Notes under the pieces: model-generated
What the model saw: only the letters and a program-made list of their open reading frames with translations
Databases searched by the model: none
What the model was told of the DNA's origin: nothing
In this document: positions 63,586 to 64,000 of the stretch, one piece after another
Layout of the letters: each line of letters begins with the position of its first letter
Numbering within the stretch: position 1 is the first letter of the stretch
Position numbers and translations under genes: made by a program
Source of the DNA: Callorhinchus milii
Taxonomy: Eukaryota
Length of the DNA stretch: 64,000 bases
Direction: 5' to 3'
Assembly (NCBI RefSeq): GCF_018977255.1
Contig: NW_024704742.1
Span: forward strand, 128,218,001-128,282,000

Positions 63586-64000
63586 TTTGTAGGCAAATGT
63601 GACATTCAATTGACACAGTGCCTTCCCCACAACAGCTCTGACTGGGCCACATGGCTACGCCACAGAATTCACAGAAGGGAGTTTCTCCTGGTGTCCAGGC
63701 CAACAATCCCCTAGAAGATGGTCATTCATTTCATGGAAGGCAAGGCAGATGGGATTAGGATGGGTGGAAGCTCAAGTGCAGTTTAAACATTGAGACAGAA
63801 TAATTGAGGCAAATGGCCTGTTTCGGTGCAGTAAATTCCATGCAATTCTAGGCAATTCTATCTAGCTGAGATATTGCCTATGATTTTACCCTGATTAATA
63901 TTTTATTCCTAAATAAAATAATTTTTCCTCTAAAGCCATGGTATTAAATAGTCTGCTTGATCTGGAATGATCATGTGGGCCTTCAAAACTACACTATGAA

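Noticed and set aside
1..64000. CRISPR arrays, operons, rRNA or other prokaryotic systems
   Set aside because: The sequence is vertebrate-like repeat-rich DNA with no regularly spaced repeat-spacer array and no gene-dense ORFs.

Overview
This is repeat-rich vertebrate genomic DNA with no intact protein-coding gene. The mix of L2 LINEs, CR1 3' ends, Deu-domain tRNA SINEs and a Penelope-type repeat suggests a cartilaginous fish, probably a chimaera; that assignment is inferred from repeat types only. Most of the longer ORFs in the supplied track are decayed L2 reverse-transcriptase fragments or their antisense frames. The main hidden structure is a dead multi-exon gene on the minus strand spanning about 985-55799. 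I can trace about 20 exon remnants with AG/GT boundaries and mostly matching intron phases. They carry in-frame stops, and several exons are split by L2/SINE/CR1 insertions; in four of these cases the reading frame rejoins across the junction once the insert is removed. The reconstructed protein reads as coiled-coil, a vWA-like alpha/beta segment, a long helical region, a degenerate protein-kinase domain and ankyrin-like repeats. I cannot name the gene; parts loosely recall DSTYK from memory, which is unverified. Its introns hold unique-sequence blocks rich in Pbx-Hox, Meis and RFX motifs that may be conserved enhancers. The window also contains an L2 foldback palindrome, a back-to-back L2/SINE insertion, two MITEs, a decayed hammerhead ribozyme and an abundant unclassified A-tailed repeat.
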